Below, in pieces: positions 36,247-48,353 of a stretch of DNA of 64,000 nucleotides. This stretch comes from Macrostomum lignano (Eukaryota), in NCBI GenBank assembly GCA_002269645.1, contig NIVC01001898.1, forward strand, positions 48,645-112,644. Reading direction: 5' to 3'. The notes beneath the pieces were generated by a model, which saw only the letters and a list, made by a program, of their open reading frames with translations, made no database searches and was not told the origin of the DNA. The stretch's first letter is position 1; each line of letters opens with the position of its first letter. The position numbers and the translations under genes were made by a program.

Positions 36247-39200
36247 TCAACCGCTGCCGCCGTCGCCGCCCAGCTGACTGTGTCGATTGTCCAACAGGGT
36301 AATCAGCTGTTCGGCCGGCCGGCTAAGCAGTCCGGCCAACGATTCAGCCGGCGCGTTTAGGGCGCCGATGAGGCGCGCCCGAGCCGTATCCAAGTCGACC
36401 AGCTGGGCGTAGCTGCGCACCTGAGGAGTTTGAGGATATTCTTCCCATTGCTGATAATCCATATCCTCCCCATTGCTGATAATCCATCTTCTCCCTATTG
36501 CTGATAATCCATATCCTCCCCATTGCTGATAATCCATCTTCTCCCTATTGCTGATAATCCATATCCTCCCCATTGCTGATAATCCATCTTCTCCCTATTG
36601 CTGATAATCCATATCCTCCCCATTGCTGATAATCCATATTCTTCCCATTGCTGATAATCCATATCCTCCCCATTGCTGATAATCCATCTTCTCCCTATTG
36701 CTGATAATCCATATCCTCCCCATTGCTGATAATCCATATTCTTCCCATTGCTGATAATCCATATCCTCCCCATTGCTGATAATCCATATTCTTCCCATTG
36801 CTGATAATCCATATTCTTCCCATTGCTGATAATCCATATTCTTCCCATTGCTGATAATCCACATTCTTCCCATTGCTGATAATCCATATTCTTCCCATTG
36901 CTGATAATCCATATCCTCCCCATTGCTGATAATCCATCTTCTCCCTATTGCTGATAATCCATATCCTCCCCATTGCTGATAATCCATCTTCTCCCTATTG
37001 CTGATAATCCATATCCTCCCCATTGCTGATAATCCATCTTCTCCCTATTGCTGATAATCCATATCCTCCCCATTGCTGATAATCCATCTTCTCCCTATTG
37101 CTGATAATCCATATCCTCCCCATTGCTGATAATCCATATTCTTCCCATTGCTGATAATCCATATCCTCCCCATTGCTGATAATCCATCTTCTCCCTATTG
37201 CTGATAATCCATATCCTCCCCATTGCTGATAATCCATATTCTTCCCATTGCTGATAATCCATATCCTCCCCATTGCTGATAATCCATATTCTTCCCATTG
37301 CTGATAATCCATATTCTTCCCATTGCTGATAATCCATATTCTTCCCATTGCTGATAATCCATATTCTTCCCATTGCTGATAATCCATATTCTCCCTATTG
37401 CTGATAATCCATAATCTCCCCATTGCTGATAATCCATATTCTCCCCATTGCTGATAATCCATATCCTCCCCATTGCTGATAATCCATATTCTTCCCATTG
37501 CTGATAATCCATATTCTCCCCATTGCTGATAATCCATATCCTCCCCATTGCTGATAATCCATATTCTCCCCTTTGCTGATAATCCATATCCTCCCCATTG
37601 CTGATAATCCATATTCTTCCCATTGCTGATAATCCATATTCTTCCCATTGCTGATAATCCATATTCTTCCCATTGCTGATAATCCATATTCTCCCTATTG
37701 CTGATAATCCATAATCTCCCCATTGCTGATAATCCATATTCTCCCCATTGCTGATAATCCATATCCTCCCCATTGCTGATAATCCATATTCTTCCCATTG
37801 CTGATAATCCATATTCTCCCCATTGCTGATAATCCATATCCTCCCCATTGCTGATAATCCATATTCTCCCCTTTGCTGATAATCCATATCCTCCCCATTG
37901 CTGATAATCCATATTCTTCCCATTGCTGATAATCCATATTCTCCCCATTGCTGATAATCCATCTTCTCCCTATTGCTGATAATCCATATTCTTCCCATTG
38001 CTGATAATCCATATTCTCCCCATTGCTGATAATCCATATTCTCCCCATTGCTGATAATCCATATTCTTCCCATTGCTGATAATTCATATTCTCCCCATTG
38101 CTCATAATCTATATTCTCCCTATTCTCGCTAATCCCGCTATACATTGATTCCTGAACTCCTAGATATTAACAATTAATACTTGTACTTAAAAAACAGCAG
38201 AAGGCAGTACAGAAATTGCCTCAACCGACCTGCTCGGCAGTGAGCATCCTGTTCTCAGTCACTCCGCCAAGCAGTACCAGGTATGGCGAGGCGTCCACAA
38301 TGGCCAGCGCAGATTTGCAGGCGGCCGGTTCGGCCGGTCCAAACGCGAGCTCGGTTCTCAGGCCGTCGGCAAAGAACAGCTCGGCCAGCGGCTGCCATTT
38401 GGTGCCGGCGGCGGCTCGCCTGACAACCGGATTGGTGTAGCGGTAGTGCCGCGGCATGGAGTAGCCGATGCCGTGCAGGGCGTTGCGATACGAGAAGCTC
38501 AGCAGCTGCGGGTGGGGAGTAGGGAGGCTGATGAGCCTGCTGTTGCTGAGGGGATGCTTACAGTAAGATTTCTGTGAGCATGGGATGAAAATAGGATCTA
38601 TCTCTGTAAGCATGGGATAAAAATAGGACCTATCTCTGTAAGCATGAGATAAAAATGGGATCTATCTCTGGGAGCATGGGATGAAAATAGGATCTATTTC
38701 TGTAAGCATGGGATAAAAAAAGGATCTATCTCTGGGAGCATGGGATGAAAATGGGATCTATCTCTGAGCATGGGATAAAATGGTATCTATCTCTGGAAGC
38801 ATGAGATAAAAAATTGATTCTATCTCTGAGCAACTGTGGACGACTCGGACTGCAGCTCACCATTCTGTTTGGCAGCATTTCCAACAGCAGCAGCATGTTG
38901 CCGTCGGCAGCGTCCAGAACAGTCCGTCGATATTCGTCAACAAGGAAGGCCAAGTAGCCGCTGCTCTCCAGCTGCTGACGACGATACTCGGCCAGGCGGA
39001 GGCGCCGCTCGGTGTCGGAGACCGGCTTGGGCGGCACCACCGGCTCCGTGACGGCGCGGATCAGCCGGGCGCGCAGGGTGCCCGGGTCCTGCTGGTGCCG
39101 CAGGCGCCGAGGCTGGCGCGGAAGTGGCGCCGTTTGCGCAGCTAGCGCCAAGCGCTGCTGGCCAAATCGAAGGCAGCGACTTAAGGGCAACAGGAGACAG

Positions 39201-41078
39201 AACGGATGAAGATTGTTTAATAACCGCAGGATTAGCAGCTGAATCGCACCAAGAACTGGCCCTGAACCACATTGAGAATCGGCCCCTGAAACCCCAGTGA
39301 GAACCGGCCCTCAACCACGGTGAGAACCGGCAATGAACCACACTGAGAATCGGCCCTGAACCACACTGAGAATCAGCCCTGAACCACACTGAGAACCGGC
39401 CCTGAACCACACTAAGAACCGGCCCTGAACCACACTGAGAATCAGCCCTGAACCACACTGAGAACCGGCCCTGAACCACACTGAGAATCAGCCCTGAACC
39501 ACACTGAGAACCGGCCCTGAACCACACTGAGAACCGGCCCTGAACCACACTGAGAATCAGCCCTGAACCACACTGAGAACCGGCCCTGAACCACACTGAG
39601 AATCGGCCCTGAACCACACTGAGAATCGGCCCTGAACCACACTGAGAATCAGCCCTGAACGACACTGAGAACCGGCCCTGAACCACACTGAGAATCGGCC
39701 CTGAACCACACTGAGAATCGGCCCTGATACACACTGAGAATCGGCCCTGAACCACACTGAGAATCGGCCCTGAACCACACTGAGAATCGGCCCTGAACCA
39801 CACTGAGAATCGGCCCTGATACACACTGAGAATCGGCCCTGAACCACACTGAGAATCAGCCCTGAACCACACTGATAATCGGCCCTGAACCACTCTGAGA
39901 ACCGGCCCTGATACACACTGAGAACCGGCCCTGAACCACACTGAGAATCGGCCCTGAACCACACTGAGAATCGGCCCTGAACCACACTGAGAATCGGCCC
40001 TGATACACACTGAGAATCGGCCCTGAACCACACTGAGAATCAGCCCTGAACCACACTGATAATTGGCCCTGAACCACTCTGAGAACCGGCCCTGATACAC
40101 ACTGAGAACCGGCCCTGAACCACACTGAGAATCGGCCCTGAACCACACTGAGAACCGGCCCTGATACACACTGAGAACCGGCCCTGAACCACACTTAGAA
40201 TCGGCCCTGATACACACTGAGAACTGGCCCTGAACCACTCTGAGAACCGGCCCTGATACACACTGAGAACCGGCCCAGAACCACACTGAGAATCGGCCCT
40301 GAACCACACTGAGAACCGGCCCTGATACACACTGAGAACCGGCCCTGAACCACACTGAGAATCGGCCCTGATACACACTGAGAATCGGCCCTGAACCACA
40401 CTGAGAATCGGCCCTGAACCACACTGAGAATCGGCCCTGAACCACACTGAGAATCGGCCCTGAACCACACTGAGAATCAGCCCTGAACCACACTGATAAT
40501 CGGCCCTGAACCACTCTGAGAACCGGCCCTGATACACACTGAGAACCGGCCCTGAACCACACTTAGAATCGGCCCTGATACACACTGAGAACTGGCCCTG
40601 AACCACTCTGAGAACCGGCCCTGATACACACTGAGAACCGGCCCTGAACCACTCTGAGAACCGGCCCTGATACACACTGAGAACCGGCCCTGAACCACTC
40701 TGAGAACCGGCCCTGATACACACTGAGAACTGGCCCTGAACCACTCTGAGAACCGGCCCTGATGCACACTGAGAACTGGCCCTGAACCACTCTGAGAATC
40801 GGCCCTGATACACACTGAGAACCGGCCCTGAACCACTCTGAGAACCGGCCCTGATACACACTGAGAACTGGCCCTGAACCACTCTGAGAACCGGCCCTGA
40901 TACACACTGAGAACCGGCCCTGAACCACACTGAGAATCGGCCCTGATACACACTGAGAACTGGCCCTGAACCACTCTGAGAACCGGCCCTGATACACACT
41001 GAGAACTGGCCCTGAACCACTCTGAGAACCGGCCCTGATACACACTGAGAACCGGCCCTGATTAGGTCTTATAACCAT
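36247..41078 (-). CDS. MRPL10: Mitochondrial ribosomal protein L10 (about 276 aa)
   Basis: Exons 38861-39238, 38230-38505 and 36247-36420 join in phase 0. RARLIRAVTEPVVPPKP, LVLLGGVTENRMLTAEQVRSYAQL and EQLITLLD match metazoan uL10m. The proposed ATG-only first exon (41076-41078, weak donor GTTATA) is uncertain. Confidence 0.85.
36437..38130. repeat. 25-bp minisatellite (CCATTGCTGATAATCCATATTCTCC) in the last MRPL10 intron
   Basis: Period 25. Confidence 0.95.
38575..38830. repeat. 32-bp minisatellite in an MRPL10 intron
   Basis: GCATGGGATGAAAATAGGATCTATCTCTGTAA, about 8 copies. Confidence 0.9.
39250..41060 (+). repeat. 23-bp minisatellite (CTGAGAATCGGCCCTGAACCACA)
   Basis: Period 23; reverse complement of the array at 42645-43858. 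Confidence 0.95.
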
Positions 41079-41769
41079 ATTAAAGATTGCAACAAACCAC
41101 CCGTAAATGTTAAAATTCAGTGCTAAAATTAGCACAAAAAAGCATTAACAAAAGCACATCTGGCAGTAAAACGAAAAGAAACATGAATAATATATAATAT
41201 TTTAGTTCAAATTTGACATATTATGTACCTAACAGCATACACAGACGAGTGACAGTTAGCCAGGGTATAACTTGATGAGACAAAGACAAGAAGTCTATTT
41301 ACATGCACAATAAACGGGCAATATAATAGGGATAAATGAAAACTGATATTAATGACAAGGGGAGATTGGGGTTGAGTGATTTGCCTGACAAAATGCACAA
41401 TGCCAGGATCACTGCAGTATCAAGAAATCATTTAACAGTTGAACAATGTGAGCATAATTTATGCGAAACCTCACAAGATAATTAACTAGACCGCCCAGTC
41501 AAAGTTACAATAGAGCAGATAAACTAATTACTAGGTCAGCAAGACATCAGAGAGCAGGCCGACAGTCAATGTACTGAATTCAATTGCACTATTATTTCGC
41601 TACCCCAAAATCTCAGCTTGTCTTGCATGTCTTCCAAGCAACCGTTTCTCGATCAGGGCAGCCCAGCGGGCAACTTCCGCGCAAAAGTCCTTGTGGTTGC
41701 TTCTCAAAAAAGCCGGATTGTTATTGCTTTTTTTAATGATGGCTTCGCTACGATTTCAAAATATTAAAG

Positions 41770-42125
41770 TTGGGGGCGTTGTTAAGTTTGGGGTCGTGAA
41801 GTTTGGTGTCTTGAAGATTGGGGTTGTAAAGTTAGGGGGTTGTGAAGTTTGGGGTCATGAAGTTTGGGGTCGTGACGTTTGGTGGTTGTGAAGTATGGGG
41901 GTTGTGAAGTTTGGGGGTTGTGAAGTTTGGGGGTTGTGAAGTTTGGGGTCGTGAAGTTTGGGGGTTGTGAAGTTTGGGGGTTGTGAAGTATGGGGGTTGT
42001 GAAGTTTGGGGTTGTGAAGTTTGGGGGTTGTGGAGTTTGGGGTCGTGAAGTTTGGGGGTTGTGAAGTTAGTGGGTTGTGAATTTTGGGGTTGTGAAGTTT
42101 GGTGGTTATGAATTTTGGTGGTTGT
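41770..42125. repeat. About 16-bp repeat (GTGAAGTTTGGGGGTT) between SUGP1 and MRPL10
   Basis: Direct reading. Confidence 0.88.
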
Positions 42126-42296
42126 TGAGTTTCAGAGCTTTAAAGATTAGAGATTTCTGAATTTTACGTGACAGGCAGACGTAGCAAAATAATCGTAGCA
42201 ATTGCTAAGCCCGGGTCTCAAAACCATCTCATTAATGGAGCAAAATATTACCACACAAACTGAAGCAGGAGTAAAAAATCAAAACAAATAAGCCGG

Positions 42297-45200
42297 CTAA
42301 TAGTAAGGCCGCCGAGGATTATTTAGCGGATTAGGCCTGAACCGATAAGCCAGCATCATTCGCTTCCTATAGGCCTCGTATTCGTCGTCATCTTTAGTGA
42401 GCTCGGCAATCGCGCTGCTAGACATGAGGCCGAGGCCGGCGCCTGTCTGGTTGACGCCCTGCTGGCCCACCGGCGCCGTGATGCCCTGACCCGCCTGGCC
42501 CAGGCCTTCGCCCTCCTTCCAGCCCATCTTCTCCAGCATTTTGAAGCCCACGTTCTCGCAGGTCAGCTTGAACTCCGCGTAGTCTGCCGAAGACATCTCG
42601 CCGCCGTCCTCCTGGGTTCGGTTGGCATCGAGTAAGGGGCATTTAAGGGCCGGTTCTCAGTGAGGTTCAGGGCCGATTCTCAGTGTGGTTCGGGGGCGAT
42701 TCTTAGTGTGGTTCAGGGCTGATTCTCAGTGTGGTTCAGGGCCGATTCTCAGTGTGGTTCTGGGCCGATTCTTAGTGTGGTTCGGGGGCGATTCTTAGTG
42801 TGGTTCAGGGCCGGTTCTCAGTGTGGTTCGGGGGCGATTCTTAGTGTGGTTCAGGGCCGGTTCTCAGTGTGGTGCAGGGCCGATTCTCAGTGTGGTTCGG
42901 GGCGATTCTCAGTGTGGTTCAATTTCGGTTCTTAGTGTGGTTCAGGGCCGATTCTGTGTCGTCAGGGCCGATTCTCAGTGTGGTTCAGGGCCGATTCTCA
43001 GTGTGCATCAGGGCCGGTTCTCAGTGTGGTTCAGGGCCGATTCTCAGTGTGCATCAGGGCCGATTCTCAGTGTGGTTCAGGGCCGATTCTCAGTGTGCAT
43101 CAGGGCCGGTTCTCAGTGTGGTTCGGGGGCGATTCTTAGTGTGGTTCAGGGCCGGTTCTCAGTGTGGTTCAGGGCCGATTCTCAGTGTGGTTCGGGGCGA
43201 TTCTCAGTGTGGTTCAATTTCGGTTCTTAGTGTGGTTCAGGGCCGATTCTGTGTCGTCAGGGCCGATTCTCAGTGTGGTTCAGGGCCGATTCTCAGTGTG
43301 GTTCAGGGCCGATTCTCAGTGTGGTTCGGGGCGATTCTCAGTGTGGTTCAGGGCCGATTCTCAGTGTGCATCAGGGCCGGTTCTCAGTGTGGTTCAGGGC
43401 CGATTCTCAGTGTGCATCAGGGCCGATTCTCAGTGTGGTTCAGGGCCGATTCTCAGTGTGTATCAGGGCCGGTTCTCAGAGTGGTTTAGGGGCCGGTTCT
43501 CAGTGTGGTTCAGGGCCGATTCTCAGTGTGGTTCAGGGCCGGTTCTCAGTGTGGTTCAGGGCCGATTCTCAGTGTGGTTCTGGGCCGGTTCTCAGTGTGG
43601 TTCAGGGCCGGTTCTCAGTGTGGTTTAGGGGCCGGTTCTCAGTGTGGTTCATGGGCGATTCTCAGTGTGGTTCAGGGCCGGTTCTCAGTGTGGTTCAGGG
43701 CCGATTCTCAGTCTGGTTTAGGGGTCGGTTCTCAGAGTGGTTTAGGGGCCGGTTCTCAGTGTGTATCAGGGCCGATTCTCAGTGTGGTTCAGGGCTGATT
43801 CTCAGTGTGGTTCAGGGCCGGTTCTCAGTGTGGTTCAGGGCTGGTTCTCAGTGTGGGTGATAAAGTTAGACAAAGGACGATTTTGGAGCAATTTGGGTGC
43901 CATTACTGGTTAGTTCCGGTTTGAGATGAGTGCATGGTTTAGGCAATGTAGGGTAGGTGTAAAGTATGATCCAAGAAATCAGTAAGCGGAACCCAGATTA
44001 TCACCTTCAGCTGACGGTACTGCTCCATAAACTTGGTCAGCTCCTGCGGGTCCATAAAATCGCCGAGATGATGCCGGCCCTTGCCCATCTCGGTAAGCTT
44101 GAAGGCCCAAGTCTTAGTGGCCTCCATCTCCTGCTGGCGCAGCTTGTGCTCCCAAGTTGGCGCCCCGGCTGAGGCCTCCTCCTCGTCCGAGTCGTATTCA
44201 TATTTGCCCCTGGCGGCGATCACTTCCTTCTCTTTGATCTTCAGCTTCTTCTGGGCCAGTATGAATTCCTGCAGTATTAGGCATATAATATACAGCATTA
44301 AATTTCCTCTTACTAACAACAAAATTTAATAGGCGCTAGCGAACCTGAATAGCATTGAGCTCCTGTTGATAGGCGATCTGTTTAGCCTGATCCTCAGTCA
44401 GATGGAAGCCGCCGGTGAACTTCTTAGCAGCCCGGATGTTCTTAGAAGAGTACGGATCAAACAGGTCGGCCGCGCCAGCGCCTCCGGCAGCACCGGTCGC
44501 CGCCGAGGAGGACGGTTGATCGGACCGGGGTCGCTTTGCGTCTGAAATTATGCGTGCATTACTTGCGTTTCAGACTACTAGTAGTAGCAATGTGAGATAA
44601 TCATTTTCTATCCTGGAATTTGAACTAGCCTACTAGTAGTAGCAATGTGAGATAATGATTTACTATCGTAGAATTTTAACTAGCCTACTCGTATTAGCAA
44701 TGTGCGACAATCATTTCCTAGCATTTTAGTCATTCAGTTTTAAATTATTTAGTAACTATGAGGGAATCCCTAGACCCATACATGCGCAACCTTGGGATTC
44801 TCTCGGCCGTTTCTATTGGCAACACACACATGTAAGTCGCTATTGGCTGAGAGCAGTCACGTGACTACTATTCTGTCCAATAGCGACTTACATGTGTGTG
44901 TTGCCAATAGAAACGGCCGAGTGAATCCCAAGGTTGCGCCCAAGCATGCCTAGACCCCTTGTACACCAGCACTAACCGCGACTAAGTCGACTTAACTCAA
45001 TTTGCAATTAGTTTTGTTGATATTAATAAATTTAATTGTATTTTCAATTCTCATTATATACTCGTATTTGCACTTACCAGCCGCCTCAGCCTCCTGACTC
45101 TGTTCCAAGCGGATTTCGCCCAGCCGATAATAGAAATAGCGACACTCTTGACTGCTCTGGTCGCGCAAGAATCTGCGTTTGCATAAGGAATTTTTTATAA

Positions 45201-45958
45201 AAGACTATATAATTTAATTTGTACATAGAAAACCGGTAAGCACTACTTACGAGTAGCAATCTTCGGATTTAAAGCAGCGCAGCGCGGTGACTTCTTCGTC
45301 GGGGGCCAGCGGCGCGATCTGCGAGGCCAGATTCTCGATGTTCATGATGGCGATCGGGTCCTCGGGCGGAGGGATCGAATCGTGAATCTCCTCCAGCTTC
45401 GGCTTTGCGCTGGATTTAACACTGCAGATTGGGGGAGCAAATGTGATAGCTTTGTGCGATAGGTGCTGCTAATACTCCGGATTCTTAACCACTGATATGG
45501 GGATGATAAACAGCTGATGCTGGGGAAATCAATAGGGGAAATTGGGGATAATCAATAGGGAATATTGGGGATTATCAATATGGGATATTTATATCATGGG
45601 GATGTTCAGCAATTGATGATTCGAGAGATATCAACTCACACAGTAGCCGGGTCGCCCATAGCACCAGCTGATCGTTTCACAGCTTCACCCGGTTGCTTAG
45701 CAACCAAACCAACTGGCGGTTTGACGTCCTGCTGCGAGCCTGACGACTGCTGACCCTGTTGCTGCTGCTGCTGCTTCATCTTCTTGAACATTTCCATGAA
45801 AGACCCGTCATTGTTGAAGGGAAGTTTAATTGGTCTATAAAATATTATAACATAGTGTAACAAATAGTATTGAAATTATAGCAATGTATTTAAAACAAAT
45901 ATAAAAAAATAACTTACGCCTGGCTTGAATTGGGTGTTTTTTGGTTTGAGTTGCTCAT
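42297..45958 (-). CDS. SUGP1: SURP and G-patch domain-containing protein 1 (splicing factor 4), 425 aa
   Basis: Seven GT-AG exons: 45918-45958, 45640-45834, 45251-45421, 45078-45172, 44345-44541, 44005-44268, 42297-42611 (1278 nt, in frame). N-terminal FNNDGSF, one SURP (IENLASQIA...YSFL...YFYYRL), YDSDEE..TWEHKLR, G-patch [15 protein letters not shown], and the signature end [21 protein letters not shown]. The last acceptor is weak. Confidence 0.93.
42645..43858 (-). repeat. 23-bp minisatellite (TGTGGTTCAGGGCCGATTCTCAG) in the last SUGP1 intron
   Basis: Inverted copy of the 39250-41060 array, more degenerate. Confidence 0.95.
44777..44948. mobile_element. 172-bp hairpin MITE with 8-bp TSD in a SUGP1 intron
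   Basis: About 63-bp near-perfect inverted arms (GCGCAACCTTGGGATTC...GTCGCTATTGG), CAT...ATG termini, TSD CCTAGACC at 44769-44776 and 44949-44956. Confidence 0.85.
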
Positions 45959-46264
45959 GGCTCAAACAGTAAAATGTTGTGACACTTTAAATCAATTAGC
46001 TGGAAATTAAAAGCTCTATGCAATAACTTATTTAAACAATACCTTTTGGAACAGCATTAATTTAATAGCAACCTTGAGTAAAACAAAAATTATGCTACCT
46101 ACACTTGTATATATAGTAATTCTCAATCTAGTAAGTGTAATATTGAAAAATATATTTATATATTTATATAATTAAGCAGTAGGCTTTTTATTTGCCATAT
46201 AAAGATGCCATGGAATCTTGACTTTTGTCAAAATGTCATGAAGACCCCTTAAAAATATTGTATA

Positions 46265-46565
46265 ATGTATCTCTACAGGGAGTACGAGATCTGCTAGCAG
46301 GAAATCTGCTAGCCAAAGTTTGCTAGCTGAAATCCGCTAGCCGAAATCTGCTAGCCAAAATCTGCTAGCCGGAATTTTGCTGGCCAAAGTTTGCTAGCAG
46401 GAATTTTGATAGCGAGGATTTTGCTAGCCGAAATCTGCTAGCAGGAATTTTGCTAGCGAGGATTTTGCTAGCTGAAATCTGCTAGCAGGAATTTTGATAG
46501 CGAGGATTTTGCTAGCTGAGATCTGCTAGCAGGAATTTTGATAGCGAGGATTTTGCTAGCTGAAC
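46265..46565. repeat. GAAATCTGCTAGC-type short repeat array (possible transposon subterminal array)
   Basis: Tandem units each containing the GCTAGC palindrome. Confidence 0.75.
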
Positions 46566-46719
46566 TTGCTGCCTTGCTCTCTTAGCTGTTGCGTGTTATT
46601 TGTTGTGTTTTGATTCCAATTTGAGCTGCTTTGATTTTTACGAGTAAATATATAACTTATACTGCCACTGCAAGCTATTTAGACTGAAAGTTGTGCATAG
46701 ATATGTTTATGTAGATATG

Positions 46720-47220
46720 TGCGTAGAGCAGAGAGAAAAGGAAACTGTTGAGAGAGGGGAGAGTGGGGAATGAGAAGGGGGGAGAGGAGAGTAGAGAGCA
46801 GAGAGAAATGAGAAGACTGAAATGAAAGAGGAGAAAGGAGAGATGAGAGAGTAGACGAGAGAGAAGAGAGGAAATAATAGAGGAGAAGAAAGAGGCGAGA
46901 GAAGAGGAGAAAGAGAAGAGAGGAGAGGTGAGAGGAGAGGAGAGAAGAAGAGAGATGAGATAAGAGAGATGAAAGAGAAGAGAGATGAGGGAAGATACGA
47001 GAGAAGAGGGGAGAGGAGAGAGGAAAAAAAGAGAAGAGAGGAGAGGAGAGAGGAGAGGAGAGAAGAAGAGAGATAAGATAAGAGAGATGAAAGAGAAGAG
47101 AGATGAGGGAAGATACGAGAGAAGAGGGGGGAGAGGAAAAAAGAGAAGAGAGGAGAGGAGAGGAAAGAGAGAAGAGACGAGGGATGAGAGAGAAGAGAGG
47201 AAACAGAAGAGAAGATAGAA
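46720..47220. repeat. Polypurine low-complexity tract (GAGAG/GAAGA)
   Basis: Direct reading. Confidence 0.88.
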
Positions 47221-48353
47221 GTTTCAAAGGATCCAAGGGATGTAGGGAGACGCAGAGGCCAGAGTTTGCCAATATGTTCTAGAGTCAGACAGACATTGCC
47301 TGACATTCTGCACAGCACCCCAGCAAACAATATCAAATGTTTGAAATCCTAATTTTACGCAAATGAACTCCATTTTGTTTACCTCTATCCTACTAACTAT
47401 TAACAAATAATTTTGAGTATGGCATCAGATTTCAGAATACATGCAAAAATAGTTTAGGGGATTGGAATTCACTGGGTTCAAAATCCGCGGGTTTCAACAG
47501 CTTATAATAGGGATGATAGGGATATATAATGTATAATTGAGTGTTATAATTATTCGCTTAATTTATTTTTTATAGGAATGCAAGCTAATATATTTTTTAA
47601 AGCCACAAATCAATATCTCTATTCCAATATTCCAAACCATTCCACAAAGTAAACATAGCACATTCTTGTCTTTCTTTAATATACACATTATGTTAAGTGA
47701 TTTAATTGAAAGTTCTTAGTTTTTGCCTGTTTAAAATAGATATCCTAGTCAAATTGTCAACTTAGGAGCCATTGCTCTAAGGTCACTTTATTAACTGGCT
47801 AATCAGTAGAACTCTAAATATGGTCACTTTGTCAATCGCTAATTGTGACACTTTAAAATGGTAATCACTTTGTCAACTATGCATTAGGTATATATCTATG
47901 TGGTGCAGCATTTTGTATATGCCATACCATGTACATGCCATGTTCATGGCTATATCTATCCTAAGAATTGTTCTGTTAAACTTTTTCATATGAATGAAGC
48001 AGGTGATTAAAGCAGGTTAATTAATTTTGAAATGCAATATATAGATAATAGCATTAATATATTGCTTCCAAAATGTATAGTGATACAGATTTTAATTTTC
48101 TAAATTATTCAAATTCAAATACAAAGTTAAACGTTGAATTACAAGGTAAAAGGGTAGTTTAGAAGAAATTATGAATAAGGATAAACAATTAACTAATTAA
48201 TCACTAAATATAAACCTTTTAATTAAAAATCATAAATAAAAACTTTTATACAAAGCTTAGTTCTCTATACATATTTAGCACCAAAATAATTATAATTAAA
48301 AACAAGGTCATTTGATCATTAATTGCAAATACTGCTAAGGGCCTACTCCTACC

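Noticed and set aside
36495-43860. Many overlapping repeat ORFs (MDYQQW..., SVWFRA...)
   Set aside because: They are translations of intronic 25-bp and 23-bp minisatellites in shifting frames.
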